NCBI GenBank assembly: GCA_029974275.1
Contig: JARKSN010000316.1
Location: 17,459-81,458 of the forward strand
Direction of reading: 5' to 3'
DNA: 64,000 nucleotides
From: Candidatus Hydrogenedentota bacterium
GTDB taxonomy: Bacteria > Hydrogenedentota > Hydrogenedentia > Hydrogenedentales > SLHB01
The stretch's first letter is position 1. Each line of letters begins with the position of its first letter. The translations under genes and the position numbers were made by a program. Positions 1 through 11,682 of this stretch are shown piece by piece. Under the pieces are notes generated by a model. The model was not told the origin of the DNA. It saw only the letters and a list, made by a program, of their open reading frames with translations, and made no database searches.

Positions 1-281
1 TCAACAAAATGATGCCGGAGAAACAGACGAAACTGCTGGGCCCGAGCACGGACCTGGTGTGGGGCATCGGCACGGTGTGGATGCCCGAACCGGGCCTCAG
101 CCCCAAGACCTTCGCGCACGGCGCGGCGTCATCGGCCACGCTCCGTATCGACCCGGAGAACCAACTCGTCATCGTCATGACGCGCAACACCGCCGGGCCG
201 AAATTCAACGACTATCACCCGAAATTCATCAAGGCCATTGTGGACGGCATGGTGAATCCGTGGGTGCCCCCGGCGAAATAG
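1..281 (+). CDS. C-terminal fragment of a serine hydrolase / beta-lactamase-family protein (5' truncated by window)
   Basis: WGIG...TFAHGAASSATLRIDPENQLVIVMTRN resembles the C-terminal HxG...xDPxxxxxxV strands of class C beta-lactamase-like hydrolases. Confidence 0.6.
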   Translation, partial: NKMMPEKQTKLLGPSTDLVWGIGTVWMPEPGLSPKTFAHGAASSATLRIDPENQLVIVMTRNTAGPKFNDYHPKFIKAIVDGMVNPWVPPAK

Positions 282-298
282 AGGAAAGCGGATCAACT

Positions 299-409
299 GT
301 CATCGCGAGGGGCGATGCGGGGCGCGACGAAGTCTCATCGCATCAGAGCCCTCGCGCCTCGGGGCAGTATTCCTGATGATTCCGATTGCTTCGCTTCGCG
401 CGCAATGAC
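299..409. repeat. Small palindromic element (REP/RPE/MITE-like)
   Basis: Imperfect terminal inverted repeats GTCATCGCGAG (299-309) and CGCGCAATGAC (399-409), with internal GATTGCTTCGCTTCG; intergenic. Confidence 0.55.
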
Positions 410-579
410 CAGAAGCACGGTTTGGTGTGAAGAATGCGTGCCTTTGGCGGGGACGGCGTGCGAACCGACGAATTGGACCTGTCACAGCACTAACGCTACG
501 CACCAAGGTGAAGACTCTTCGGCAACGAGGCCGTGTCGCGCTAGCCGGACTAGCGCGTGGCGGATGAGGTGTTCGACGC

Positions 580-2475
580 ATGCAAAGACAGACATTAGCT
601 TTACTGGGCGTGCTGTTTCTGGCGGCAGCGCTGTTTCTGGTCAACCTGGGCGGCTACGACCTGTGGCCGCCGGATGAACCGCGATTCGCGCAGATCGCCC
701 GCGAGATGCTGCAGTCGAGGGACTTCATCGTTCCCCACATCAACAACGAGGTGTACAGCGAGAAGCCTCCGATGCTCATGTGGGCCATCGCGGCGGTGTC
801 GGCGCCGTTCGGCGACGTGAGCGAATGGACCGCGCGTTTCCCCTCCGTGGTGTCGGCGCTGGTCACGGTCTTGTTCACGTATCTGTTGGCGCGGCGTCTC
901 TACGGGCCGTGCGTCGCCGTGTGGTCGGGCCTCGTGTTGACGACGATGGCCCTGTTCTGGTGGGAAGCGCGATCGGTTCGCACAGACATGATGCTCACTG
1001 CGTGCCTCACCGTCTGCCTCTATGCGTTCTGGCGATGGCATCGCGAACGCAGCGCTGGCATGTTGGTATTGTTCTATACCGCGCTCGCCGTTGCGCTCTT
1101 GGTGAAAGGCCCGCCCGCGCTGGTGTTCACGACCCTGCTCGTCTTCGCGTTCTATTGGGGACAAAAAGACGAGCGCATTCAGTTCCACTACTTCATCGGT
1201 CTGCTCGTCGCCGCCGTGCCGGTCGTGCTCTGGCTTGGCCTGAAACACTTAAGCGCGCCCGCCGTCGCGGAAGGCGATGTGGCCGTGAGCGACAACCTCT
1301 TCCGCCAGACCATCGGGCGCTTCTTCCTGGGTGTGAGCCACGCGCAGTGGCCGTGGTACTACTTCATCAACCTGCCCATCAACTGGTTGCCGTGGTCGTT
1401 GCTGTTGCCGTGGACCCTGCCGTGGGTGTGGAAGAAGCGCCACGAAGACGACCGCATGCGGCTGCTGCTCGCGTGGATGGTGCCCGCGTTCATCTTCTTC
1501 ACCATTTGCATCGGCAAACGCCCGGTCTACCTGATCCCCATCTATCCCGTGGCTGCGATCCTGTTCGCGCGCAGCGCCCAGGAACTTCTGGAAAGGCCGC
1601 ATGAGCGACTGCGCAGAATTTTGGCCCTGGGATGGCTGCAGATTCCAAACGTTATAGTTCTGGCACTGTTTTCGGTAATGATAAGTCTGGAATACGGAGA
1701 TCGTTTCCGGTTCCTCAGCCCTATCGCACAATTCGGCGAGCACTTGCCACGCACATATGTAACGTTCTGCGCTGTGCTCATGTTGGCAACTGTGCTCCTA
1801 ACGATTTGGACCATTGTCGAGTCAGCGCGCAACATTCGATCTTTATTTGCGGGAAGTTTCTTTTTGTTCGCAGTAGCTAGCGCGTTGTGGGGGCTTCCGC
1901 TCCTAGACGAACACAAAGGCGCGAAGGATTTCTGTGCGCCGCTGCGGCAGCTTTCGGAGAAGCAAGTCGATTACCGTCTCTACTCGGTCGGGGTATCGCG
2001 CGAGGAGTACATTTTTTATAGCAAGCACGTACACGTGCCGGTGCTGATGGACTTGTTGCCCATTCCGCAGCAGCCCAGCATGAAGCCCATGGACATGGTC
2101 AAGCTACAGCGCACCTTGCGCAAACGTATTGCCAAGGCGGTTGAAAGCCACCCCATCGACGCTGGCGCCGCGCTCACCGACCAGGACCTTTTGGCGTTGC
2201 GCGCGGTGGTGCACGAAGCGGTGGTGGACGCGAAGATAGACCCTGTGCTGACGTCCGAGTTCGAGAAGGCGCTTGCCGACGCGCTGAACGCGTTTGCCGA
2301 CACGATGCTCGAACCCAGCCCCGCGTTTTTCTTTGTGCAAGAAGAAGACTGGCGCTGGATACTGCCGTTGTGTCCGCGTTTGCACGCGTTGACGGTGCTC
2401 AAGTATGCGCGGGTCGGCAGCCGCAAGATGCTTATTGTCGCCAACGACGCAGGCGACCGGGCGATGAATCCGTGA
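580..2475 (+). CDS. ArnT/GT83-like polyprenyl-phosphate-sugar glycosyltransferase
   Basis: LWPPDEPRFAQIAREM, EKPP, ARFPS, RTDM, LVKGP, HAQWPWYY, KRPVYLIP motifs; many transmembrane segments. Confidence 0.85.
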   Translation: MQRQTLALLGVLFLAAALFLVNLGGYDLWPPDEPRFAQIAREMLQSRDFIVPHINNEVYSEKPPMLMWAIAAVSAPFGDVSEWTARFPSVVSALVTVLFTYLLARRLYGPCVAVWSGLVLTTMALFWWEARSVRTDMMLTACLTVCLYAFWRWHRERSAGMLVLFYTALAVALLVKGPPALVFTTLLVFAFYWGQKDERIQFHYFIGLLVAAVPVVLWLGLKHLSAPAVAEGDVAVSDNLFRQTIGRFFLGVSHAQWPWYYFINLPINWLPWSLLLPWTLPWVWKKRHEDDRMRLLLAWMVPAFIFFTICIGKRPVYLIPIYPVAAILFARSAQELLERPHERLRRILALGWLQIPNVIVLALFSVMISLEYGDRFRFLSPIAQFGEHLPRTYVTFCAVLMLATVLLTIWTIVESARNIRSLFAGSFFLFAVASALWGLPLLDEHKGAKDFCAPLRQLSEKQVDYRLYSVGVSREEYIFYSKHVHVPVLMDLLPIPQQPSMKPMDMVKLQRTLRKRIAKAVESHPIDAGAALTDQDLLALRAVVHEAVVDAKIDPVLTSEFEKALADALNAFADTMLEPSPAFFFVQEEDWRWILPLCPRLHALTVLKYARVGSRKMLIVANDAGDRAMNP

Positions 2476-2499
2476 GCACATGTTGGCGGAACATTGGGC

Positions 2500-4191
2500 C
2501 TATTGCGTGAACGAGTTCGACGTGCTGGTTTTCGACCAGACGGCATAGCCGAGCGCTTCCAGAGTGTTTGCCGAGGTGAAGTTGGTATAGGTTCCGTACA
2601 AGATGTTGCTGGACTGGCGCAGACGCCACACGGTGTCGCCGAAAATGCCCGAGCCGCGCCATGTCCACGTGATTGTGTTGCCTGTGACCTGTCCGGTCAC
2701 GGTAAACAATCTCCGGCTTCTCTCCCCGGCGTACAGGAAGGCTCCCACGCCCGTCAGCGTTCCGTCGGGGGACTGTCGGCTGATGGTTACCTGCGCAAAC
2801 TGATCGGCTTGGGGCGTGGAGGCCGTCACCGTGTCAAAATACGCGGCCGTCCACGTGCCTACCTGACTCGGGATCGACTCGTACGTCCATTGCGCAACGC
2901 CGCGGCTGGCATATCGGCCATTGACGTCAAAGAACTGGTAGGTTCCCAGCAATGCCGAGCCCGTCACCTCGAGGTTCCACTCGTAATGGCTGGCATTTCC
3001 GCGATCGCGCAAATCCAATCGCGCTTGTGAACCCACAAAAGAGCCGTTCGTCACATCATAGATGCGATAGACGGGCTGACGGGCCGATTCATCGAGAATC
3101 TGAGCCGTTCCCGTCACCATGCCGTTGCTTTGCGCTTGAAGCGACATCGTCGCGAGGTAGGCGCTTCGCGTCTGATTCGCCGGATTGGCGACCGACGTGT
3201 CTTCGAACGCAGCTGTCCACGCATGCGTAATCGTGGAAGGGCCCGTGATAGAGGCCCGGTGCCAGGTGACCGTGCCTGCGCTGACCAACGAAGCGCCCTG
3301 CGCGCCGCCAAACAAGGCATACGAACTCAATATGCGATTGCCGTCAAAAACGGCGAACCAATCCATGGGCGTGGCATCCAGATCGCCTCCCCCGAACGAA
3401 AATCCCAGTTCGGGCAGGCTGAGTGCGCTGCGCGTGATATTGAACCCCTGGGTCTGTGCGACGTCATTCTCGCGCACGACCAGCAGATTCCCCGTGCCGT
3501 TCAGCGATTGTCCGCTCACCGCCAGCGCGAGTTCCGCAGTCCGATCTTTCTTGTTGGGCGGACCTCCGGGGATCGAGTCCGTGAAGGCGGCCACCCAGGA
3601 ATCGTCCAGCGCTGCGTTGACGATGCCATACCACCGCGCCACTCCCGACCGCACGATCTCCCCCTGAGCGTCGACTGCGGCATACATGCCTACAATCTGA
3701 CTGCCTGCGCGGCGCAGATGCCAGGTCGGCTCGAAGTCGAAGGGGCCGGACAAGCCCGAGCGGAAGACCAGCGTGGCGTCGTCCCCAGAAGCCGTTCCCG
3801 TGACGGTGAAAGTCTTTGGCTCCGTATCGTAGGCAGTTCCGCCCACGCTGAATATGCGCACCACGCGGCCCGAACCGGAAATGGTTGTGCCGCTCTGCGT
3901 AAGCGTCAGGCGCGTGACATACTGATTTTTCCCGGTCGCCGCGGAAATATTCACGATATCATCGCCATAGCTGGAGGCCCAACGCCCGCTGAATCGCGTA
4001 TCCGGCGTGGAAGGCGTGCCTCCGCCTCCTCCTCCGCTCCCGCCCCCGCTGCTATCTCCGGACGGCTGGTCCACGCCGACGATGTCGCTTTTGCTCCACA
4101 CATCGCCATCGCCCCCGCAACCGGAAAGCAAAACGCTCGCCGCGCTCAACACGAGACCCAACGCCACCGCGGTTATCCATTTCGCAAGCAT
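2500..4191 (-). CDS. Lipoprotein with four tandem ~120-aa beta-barrel-like repeats
   Basis: Lipobox LLSGC, Gly/Ser linker, then four units starting GRWASSYGD / DSWVAAFTD / HAWTAAFED / GTWTAAYFD. Confidence 0.7.
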   Translation of the reverse strand: MLAKWITAVALGLVLSAASVLLSGCGGDGDVWSKSDIVGVDQPSGDSSGGGSGGGGGGTPSTPDTRFSGRWASSYGDDIVNISAATGKNQYVTRLTLTQSGTTISGSGRVVRIFSVGGTAYDTEPKTFTVTGTASGDDATLVFRSGLSGPFDFEPTWHLRRAGSQIVGMYAAVDAQGEIVRSGVARWYGIVNAALDDSWVAAFTDSIPGGPPNKKDRTAELALAVSGQSLNGTGNLLVVRENDVAQTQGFNITRSALSLPELGFSFGGGDLDATPMDWFAVFDGNRILSSYALFGGAQGASLVSAGTVTWHRASITGPSTITHAWTAAFEDTSVANPANQTRSAYLATMSLQAQSNGMVTGTAQILDESARQPVYRIYDVTNGSFVGSQARLDLRDRGNASHYEWNLEVTGSALLGTYQFFDVNGRYASRGVAQWTYESIPSQVGTWTAAYFDTVTASTPQADQFAQVTISRQSPDGTLTGVGAFLYAGERSRRLFTVTGQVTGNTITWTWRGSGIFGDTVWRLRQSSNILYGTYTNFTSANTLEALGYAVWSKTSTSNSFTQ

Positions 4192-4251
4192 GCTGTCACC
4201 TCTATGGCTATTTCACCGTTCAGCAAAAAACGCGCACAGCCGCGTCGCCCA

Positions 4252-4473
4252 TTACACGGACAGTTCAAAGTTTTCCCGGATCACACTAGTCGATCCAATC
4301 TGCCGCAGGAGTTCTGTGCGATTGCCGCGCACCGTTTCCCGAATGGCGCCCTTCAGCATCTCGCGCGTTTCCTCGAGGGACGCAGCCTGGCATGTCACAT
4401 GGGGCATTTCTTCCACCGTGCCCACCCACACCGAGCCGACCTGCCTGAAAACGCCTGTGAATTGGTAGTGCAT
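4252..4473 (-). CDS. HicB-family (UPF0150-like) antitoxin-like protein
   Basis: 73 aa; WVGTVEEMPHVTCQAASLEETREMLKGAI matches the HicB pattern; start taken at ATG 4473. Confidence 0.7.
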   Translation of the reverse strand: MHYQFTGVFRQVGSVWVGTVEEMPHVTCQAASLEETREMLKGAIRETVRGNRTELLRQIGSTSVIRENFELSV

Positions 4474-4522
4474 ACCCTTCGCCTCCTGGCTTTGGACTCT
4501 CCTGTCTGGGATGGCGCTTTGG

Positions 4523-5539
4523 CTACCGACACGCCGAATTAACCGCCACCATTTTACCTGATCGGGCGGATGCATACGCAGCGACCGTCACCTCGACGGC
4601 GCGCAAGCCGTCCTCGCCGGTGATGGCGGGATCTCGCCGTTCTCGCACCGCGTCAACAAAATCGCGCACCAGGCCTTGATCGCTGTCGCCGCCCCAGTAT
4701 GCCCAGAAACCCTTGCCGACATCGTCGCTGTAAACGCCAATTTTCTGATTAAACGCATCCACCGCCACGACCCCTTTTTCGGCGACGATCTCGAGGGTTA
4801 CATCGCCCCAGATCGGAAAAGTGCGCGCGCGGTTCCAACTCGCGATGTGGGAGACGATGATGCCGCCTTCCATCTCGAGGTGCAGGCTTCCCGTGTCGTC
4901 TGTGCCGATGCCCTTGTGGATGACGTTGCCGCACTCGCAATAGACCTTCGTGAACTCCTTGCCGGTCATCCAACGAACCAAGTCGATCACATGCACCGTG
5001 TGGTCCATCACCGCGCCGCCGCCGGAAAGATCGGTCTTCGCGAACCAGCCGCCCGGGAACTGGCCATGGTTCGTGCAGGACATCGCGTAGATATCGCCCA
5101 GCGCCCCAGAGGCCGTTTGCGCGCGCACGGCCTTGATCGCCGGGATGTAGCGGCAGGGGAACGCCGTGCCCAAACCAACCTTTGCCTTGCGACACGCGGC
5201 TATCATGGCTTTTGCGTCGGCTACGGTCGTCGCCAAGGGTTTCTCGCACAGCACCCACTTGCCTGCTTTTGCGGCGGCCTCGACCATCGCGCGATGGTTG
5301 ACGTTTTCCGACGTGACGATCACGCCCTGCGTGTCCATCGCGAGAAACTTGTTCATGTCCTTCACGAACGGCACGCCCAACTGCTCCGCCATCGCGCGGC
5401 CACGTTTGGCGTTGTCGTCCCAGATCGCGGTCAACGCGACATCGGTCATGCCCTTCAGCGCGTGCGCATACGACCACGCATGCATATGCGCAAAGCTCAT
5501 GATGCCGATTTTCATCGCGGGAATGTCTGTCATGATCAT
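4523..5539 (-). CDS. Gfo/Idh/MocA-family oxidoreductase
   Basis: LCEKPLA and GGGAVMDHTVH motifs; ATGA overlap with upstream gene. Confidence 0.9.
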   Translation of the reverse strand: MIMTDIPAMKIGIMSFAHMHAWSYAHALKGMTDVALTAIWDDNAKRGRAMAEQLGVPFVKDMNKFLAMDTQGVIVTSENVNHRAMVEAAAKAGKWVLCEKPLATTVADAKAMIAACRKAKVGLGTAFPCRYIPAIKAVRAQTASGALGDIYAMSCTNHGQFPGGWFAKTDLSGGGAVMDHTVHVIDLVRWMTGKEFTKVYCECGNVIHKGIGTDDTGSLHLEMEGGIIVSHIASWNRARTFPIWGDVTLEIVAEKGVVAVDAFNQKIGVYSDDVGKGFWAYWGGDSDQGLVRDFVDAVRERRDPAITGEDGLRAVEVTVAAYASARSGKMVAVNSACR

Positions 5540-6513
5540 AGTTTCACCACCTTGCCCGTCTTCGCCGATTCCAGTGCGCCCAGAGCCATTTTCACCGCCG
5601 CCATTCCGTCTTCCGGCGTCACGCGCGGCGTGTTCTTCCCTTCGATCCAGCCAATGAAATCGCGCCACTCGAGTTCATAGGGGCTGACGTCCACCGGACT
5701 TTCCGGCACGATCATCGTTGCCCCCTCGCCCGGTTTCGCGCGCATCATCGTCGAGATCGGAGCCTCGTTGCTGTCGAACGACACCATGCCCTTCTCGCCG
5801 CAGACCTCCGCACGCACGCGAAAACCGCCGGGATGCGCCCATGTGCCCACCACATTCGCAATGATGCCGTTTTTCATGCGGAAGGTCGCCAGGCTATAGT
5901 CCAGCTTTTCCGGCTCGCTGCGTTGAATGGCTTGGCAGAAGACGCGATCGGGTTCGCCGAAGACATACCGAATCCAATCGAAATCATGGATAATCGTGTC
6001 CATGGTGACCCCGCCGCTCTGCGCATAGTCGTGGAACCAGGCCTTCTCGCCCAGCGGAAAAATGCCGCCGCGATAGGTTTTCACAAAACCGGGCTTGCCA
6101 ATCACGCCCGCCTGGACCTTCTCGCGAATGGCCTCGAACTCCTGGAAATAGCGAACGACGTGTCCGACAAACAGCTTGATTTTTGCCTTCTTGGCCGCCG
6201 CGATGGCTTCCTTGCACTCGGCGATCGTCCGGCAAAACGGCTTCTCGCAGAAAATGTTTTTCCCCGCCTGCGCCGCGGCCGCCACGAACGGAAAATGGTT
6301 GGGCGTCGACGTGCACACCGCGACGATGTCCACGTCTTTCCGCGCCGCCGCCTCGATGCCGTTCGTGGTCGCGTCCGCGCCAAATGTCGTGGCCAGCGCC
6401 TCGGCCTTGGCCGCAGCCGTATCCGCGCACACCACGACGTTCAAGCCGATCGCCCGGACGATGTGGGCGTGCATCGTTCCCATTCCTCCGCAACCAATCA
6501 CCGCTACGTTCAT
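5536..6513 (-). CDS. Gfo/Idh/MocA-family oxidoreductase
   Basis: VAVIGCGGMG Rossmann motif, FCEKP, GGVTMDTIIHDFD. Confidence 0.9.
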   Translation of the reverse strand: MNVAVIGCGGMGTMHAHIVRAIGLNVVVCADTAAAKAEALATTFGADATTNGIEAAARKDVDIVAVCTSTPNHFPFVAAAAQAGKNIFCEKPFCRTIAECKEAIAAAKKAKIKLFVGHVVRYFQEFEAIREKVQAGVIGKPGFVKTYRGGIFPLGEKAWFHDYAQSGGVTMDTIIHDFDWIRYVFGEPDRVFCQAIQRSEPEKLDYSLATFRMKNGIIANVVGTWAHPGGFRVRAEVCGEKGMVSFDSNEAPISTMMRAKPGEGATMIVPESPVDVSPYELEWRDFIGWIEGKNTPRVTPEDGMAAVKMALGALESAKTGKVVKL

Positions 6514-6713
6514 GTCATCTCTCCCTGACCCGACTCGATAAACGCCTTCCGCCTCATGAATTCGTCCGGATCGTATCCTCATTTACACACTCCGATCAAT
6601 CGTTTGTGTCTGGGGGCAACGAGGCGACCCTGGCAGGGACTGACCTCTCGATACCGTACCTGAAAGAGTTACATAAAGTCTTTTCGGCTGCCTTCCTGCT
6701 GTCCCTGTCTGAA

Positions 6714-6722
6714 TGCTACAAT
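6714..6722 (+). promoter_or_regulatory. Extended -10 promoter of recF (probably leaderless)
   Basis: TGcTACAAT ending 6 nt before ATG 6729; no Shine-Dalgarno. Confidence 0.55.
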
Positions 6723-6728
6723 GCGCGC

Positions 6729-7802
6729 ATGCATCTGGTTGCGCTACAGGCGTCAGGATTTCGGAGCCTGACGGGGATTGATTTCCAGCCTACTCCAGGA
6801 TTGAATGTCATTCGGGGGCATAATGCCCAGGGGAAGACGTCGCTCCTGGAGGCGTTGCTGTTTTTGGCGACGTCGAAGAGTCATCGCACGAATATCGAAG
6901 CGGAATTGGTGCGGGATTCGGACGTGGGCTTCCAACTCCGGTGCCGGGTGCAGCGCTGCGACCGCGAGGTGGTCACGGAGGCGAACTGGTTCAAGGGCGT
7001 CAAACGCTTCAGGGTCAACGGCGTCTCGCAACCGCGCACGAGTGATATCCTCGGCAAGGTGAATGTCGTGTTCTTCTCGCCGGAGGACGCGGCGCTGGTG
7101 CGTGGGTCGGCGTCGAACCGGCGACGATTTCTCGATATGGAGTTGTCGCAGCTTAGTCCCGGTTACCTCTTTGCTCTCCAGCAGTATCGGCAGGTCTTGA
7201 AACAGCGCAACGAGCTCTTGCGCGCGTTCAAACCCGATCCGGCCTTGGTCGATGTGTGGGACGATCAACTCGCGTCGCATGGCGAGGTGTTGATCCACGA
7301 GCGCATGGCGTTCGTGCGCGAACTCAGCGCGTTCGCGGCGAAGGCGTATCGGCGTATCGCGGAGACGGAAGACCTTGAGGTGCGGTATCAGCCGGACATC
7401 CCGCTGGATTCGCCCATCATCGAGGTGCTCAATGAAGCGCGCGAGAGTGACTTGCGCAATCGCGTGACGACGCGCGGGCCGCATCGCGACGAGATCGTCT
7501 TGTTGGCGGGGGGGCGCGCCGCACGGCAGTTCGCATCGCAAGGGCAACAGCGCACGGCGGCCTTGGCGCTGAAATTGGCGGAACTCGAACTGGTCAAGGA
7601 TCGCGTCGGCGAGTATCCTGTCCTGATGCTCGACGACGTGTTGTCGGAACTCGATCTAAAACGGTGCAAACGGCTGGTCGAGGCGATTCCGCGCGAGGCG
7701 CAGTGCCTGTTGACCACGACCGACCTCGAACGCTTGGACTCGATGTTTGGCGTGCCGTGCGCGAATTTCTTCATTCAGGGTGGACGCCTTGAAAAGAAAT
7801 AG
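6729..7802 (+). CDS. recF: DNA replication and repair protein RecF
   Basis: GHNAQGKTSLLEA Walker A, RRRFLD, GPHRDE, SQGQQR, LMLDDVLSELD; upstream of gyrB. Confidence 0.95.
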   Translation: MHLVALQASGFRSLTGIDFQPTPGLNVIRGHNAQGKTSLLEALLFLATSKSHRTNIEAELVRDSDVGFQLRCRVQRCDREVVTEANWFKGVKRFRVNGVSQPRTSDILGKVNVVFFSPEDAALVRGSASNRRRFLDMELSQLSPGYLFALQQYRQVLKQRNELLRAFKPDPALVDVWDDQLASHGEVLIHERMAFVRELSAFAAKAYRRIAETEDLEVRYQPDIPLDSPIIEVLNEARESDLRNRVTTRGPHRDEIVLLAGGRAARQFASQGQQRTAALALKLAELELVKDRVGEYPVLMLDDVLSELDLKRCKRLVEAIPREAQCLLTTTDLERLDSMFGVPCANFFIQGGRLEKK

Positions 7803-8133
7803 AAAAAATGATCCCGTCGGCATTGGCGACATCATCGCGGGTCTCAAGAAGACGACCCCGCTGGGCAAGCAACTCGAACTGGCGCAAATCTGGGAGCGCT
7901 GGACGGAAATCGCCGGGCCGAAATTGGCGCCGCACGGGCATCCGTATACGGTCAAAAAAGGGACGCTGCATATCCATGCCAACAGCCCGGTCTGGGTGCA
8001 TCGGTACGGCTACGTAAAATGGGATCTTCTCAAAAAGGTGAACCTGATGGCGGGCCACGAATTGATCTCCGATATCTTTATTGGGCTGGCCTCGGAAGAC
8101 CCCAATCCTGCACAAGATAAAGTGGACAAATGA
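7789..8133 (+). CDS. dciA: DUF721 / DciA-family protein
   Basis: IWERWTEIAGPKLAPH...GTLHIHANSPVW pattern; canonical position between recF and gyrB; TTG start is inferred. Confidence 0.75.
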   Translation: MKRNRKNDPVGIGDIIAGLKKTTPLGKQLELAQIWERWTEIAGPKLAPHGHPYTVKKGTLHIHANSPVWVHRYGYVKWDLLKKVNLMAGHELISDIFIGLASEDPNPAQDKVDK

Positions 8134-8175
8134 TTTAGATGCCCCAAAATATTGCGATTCCCTCCAGGGCCGACG

Positions 8176-8204
8176 TTGTATTTGCCTTCCGAATTTGATA
8201 TACT
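8176..8204 (+). promoter_or_regulatory. Sigma70-type promoter of gyrB
   Basis: TTGTAT-17 bp-TATACT with extended TG. Confidence 0.55.
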
Positions 8205-8239
8205 CCGCTGTTCCCAAAACCAGGCGCAACGCACGGTAG

Positions 8240-10672
<2,433 letters not shown>

Positions 10673-10686
10673 GCGGGAGGTGAGCT

Positions 10687-11682
10687 ATGACTAGCCTGCC
10701 ATTGTTTGGTTCGGTCCCTGACATTCGTGATCGCTACAAGAAGAACGCAGATGTTGTATTTTTCTGCGGCGACACGAACCAGTTTCTTCGCGATCTTCCG
10801 GACAAGGAAGTCAAGCTCATCATTACGTCGCCGCCGTATAATCTGGGCAAGGCATATGAGGACAAGGTTGCGCTGCACGACTACTTGGAGTCTCAGCGAG
10901 AGACCATCGCGCAATTGCTGCGGGTACTGCGGCAAGACGGGAGTCTGTGTTGGCAGGTCGGAAATTACGTGGACAAAGGAGAGGTCTTCCCTCTCGATAT
11001 TCTGTACTACAGCATGTTCAAGGACATGGGCCTTCATTTGCGTAACAGGATTATCTGGCGGTTTGAGCATGGGCTTCATGCGTCTCTTCGTTTCTCCGGC
11101 AGGTACGAGACGATACTCTGGTTCACGAAAACGAGGCACTACACGTTCAACTTGGACTCCGTCCGTGTGCCGTCGAAGTACCCGGGCAAGCGACATTATA
11201 AGGGGCCAAACAAAGGCAAGCCGTCGTGCAATCCGATGGGAAAGAATCCCTCGGATTACTGGGAGGTTGTCAAGCAGGATTGGGAAGAAGAGGTCTGGAA
11301 TATTCCGAACGTGAAATGCAACCATCCCGAGAAGACATCTCATCCTTGCCAATTCCCGGTGGAACTTGTTGAACGTTGCGTGTTGGCGCTGACCGATCCC
11401 GGTGATATTGTCCTTGATCCCTATGCGGGCGTCGGGTCGTCGCTCATCGCAGCACTGAAACATAGTCGGAAAGCATATGGCGCGGAGAAAGAAGCCGACT
11501 ACGTCGCCGAAGGAGCCGCGCGGATCAAGGCGTTCTATAATGGGACACTGCGTCTGCGGGAATTGGGGAAACCCGTCTACACACCTTCCGGGCGCGAGAA
11601 AGTATCGCGTCCTCCCGAGGAGTGGGGGGAAGGGACACAAGGACGCTTGTTGGAAGAACAGGGTGACTACGGATGCGAGTAG
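10687..11682 (+). CDS. Site-specific DNA methyltransferase (N4-cytosine/N6-adenine, beta class)
   Basis: Catalytic TSPPY precedes SAM-binding LDPYAGVGS; HPCQFP. Confidence 0.92.
   Translation: MTSLPLFGSVPDIRDRYKKNADVVFFCGDTNQFLRDLPDKEVKLIITSPPYNLGKAYEDKVALHDYLESQRETIAQLLRVLRQDGSLCWQVGNYVDKGEVFPLDILYYSMFKDMGLHLRNRIIWRFEHGLHASLRFSGRYETILWFTKTRHYTFNLDSVRVPSKYPGKRHYKGPNKGKPSCNPMGKNPSDYWEVVKQDWEEEVWNIPNVKCNHPEKTSHPCQFPVELVERCVLALTDPGDIVLDPYAGVGSSLIAALKHSRKAYGAEKEADYVAEGAARIKAFYNGTLRLRELGKPVYTPSGREKVSRPPEEWGEGTQGRLLEEQGDYGCE

Noticed and set aside
1600..1910. Diversity-generating retroelement variable region as the cause of the low-GC patch
   Set aside because: No reverse transcriptase or template repeat in the window, and the patch is mid-gene transmembrane sequence
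4018..4056. CCT/CCG triplet run as a contingency repeat
   Set aside because: Imperfect, and simply encodes the Gly/Ser linker of the lipoprotein
6183..6728. N-terminal extension of RecF in the ORF track (539 aa)
   Set aside because: Overlaps the divergent oxidoreductase; RecF homology and a promoter point to ATG 6729
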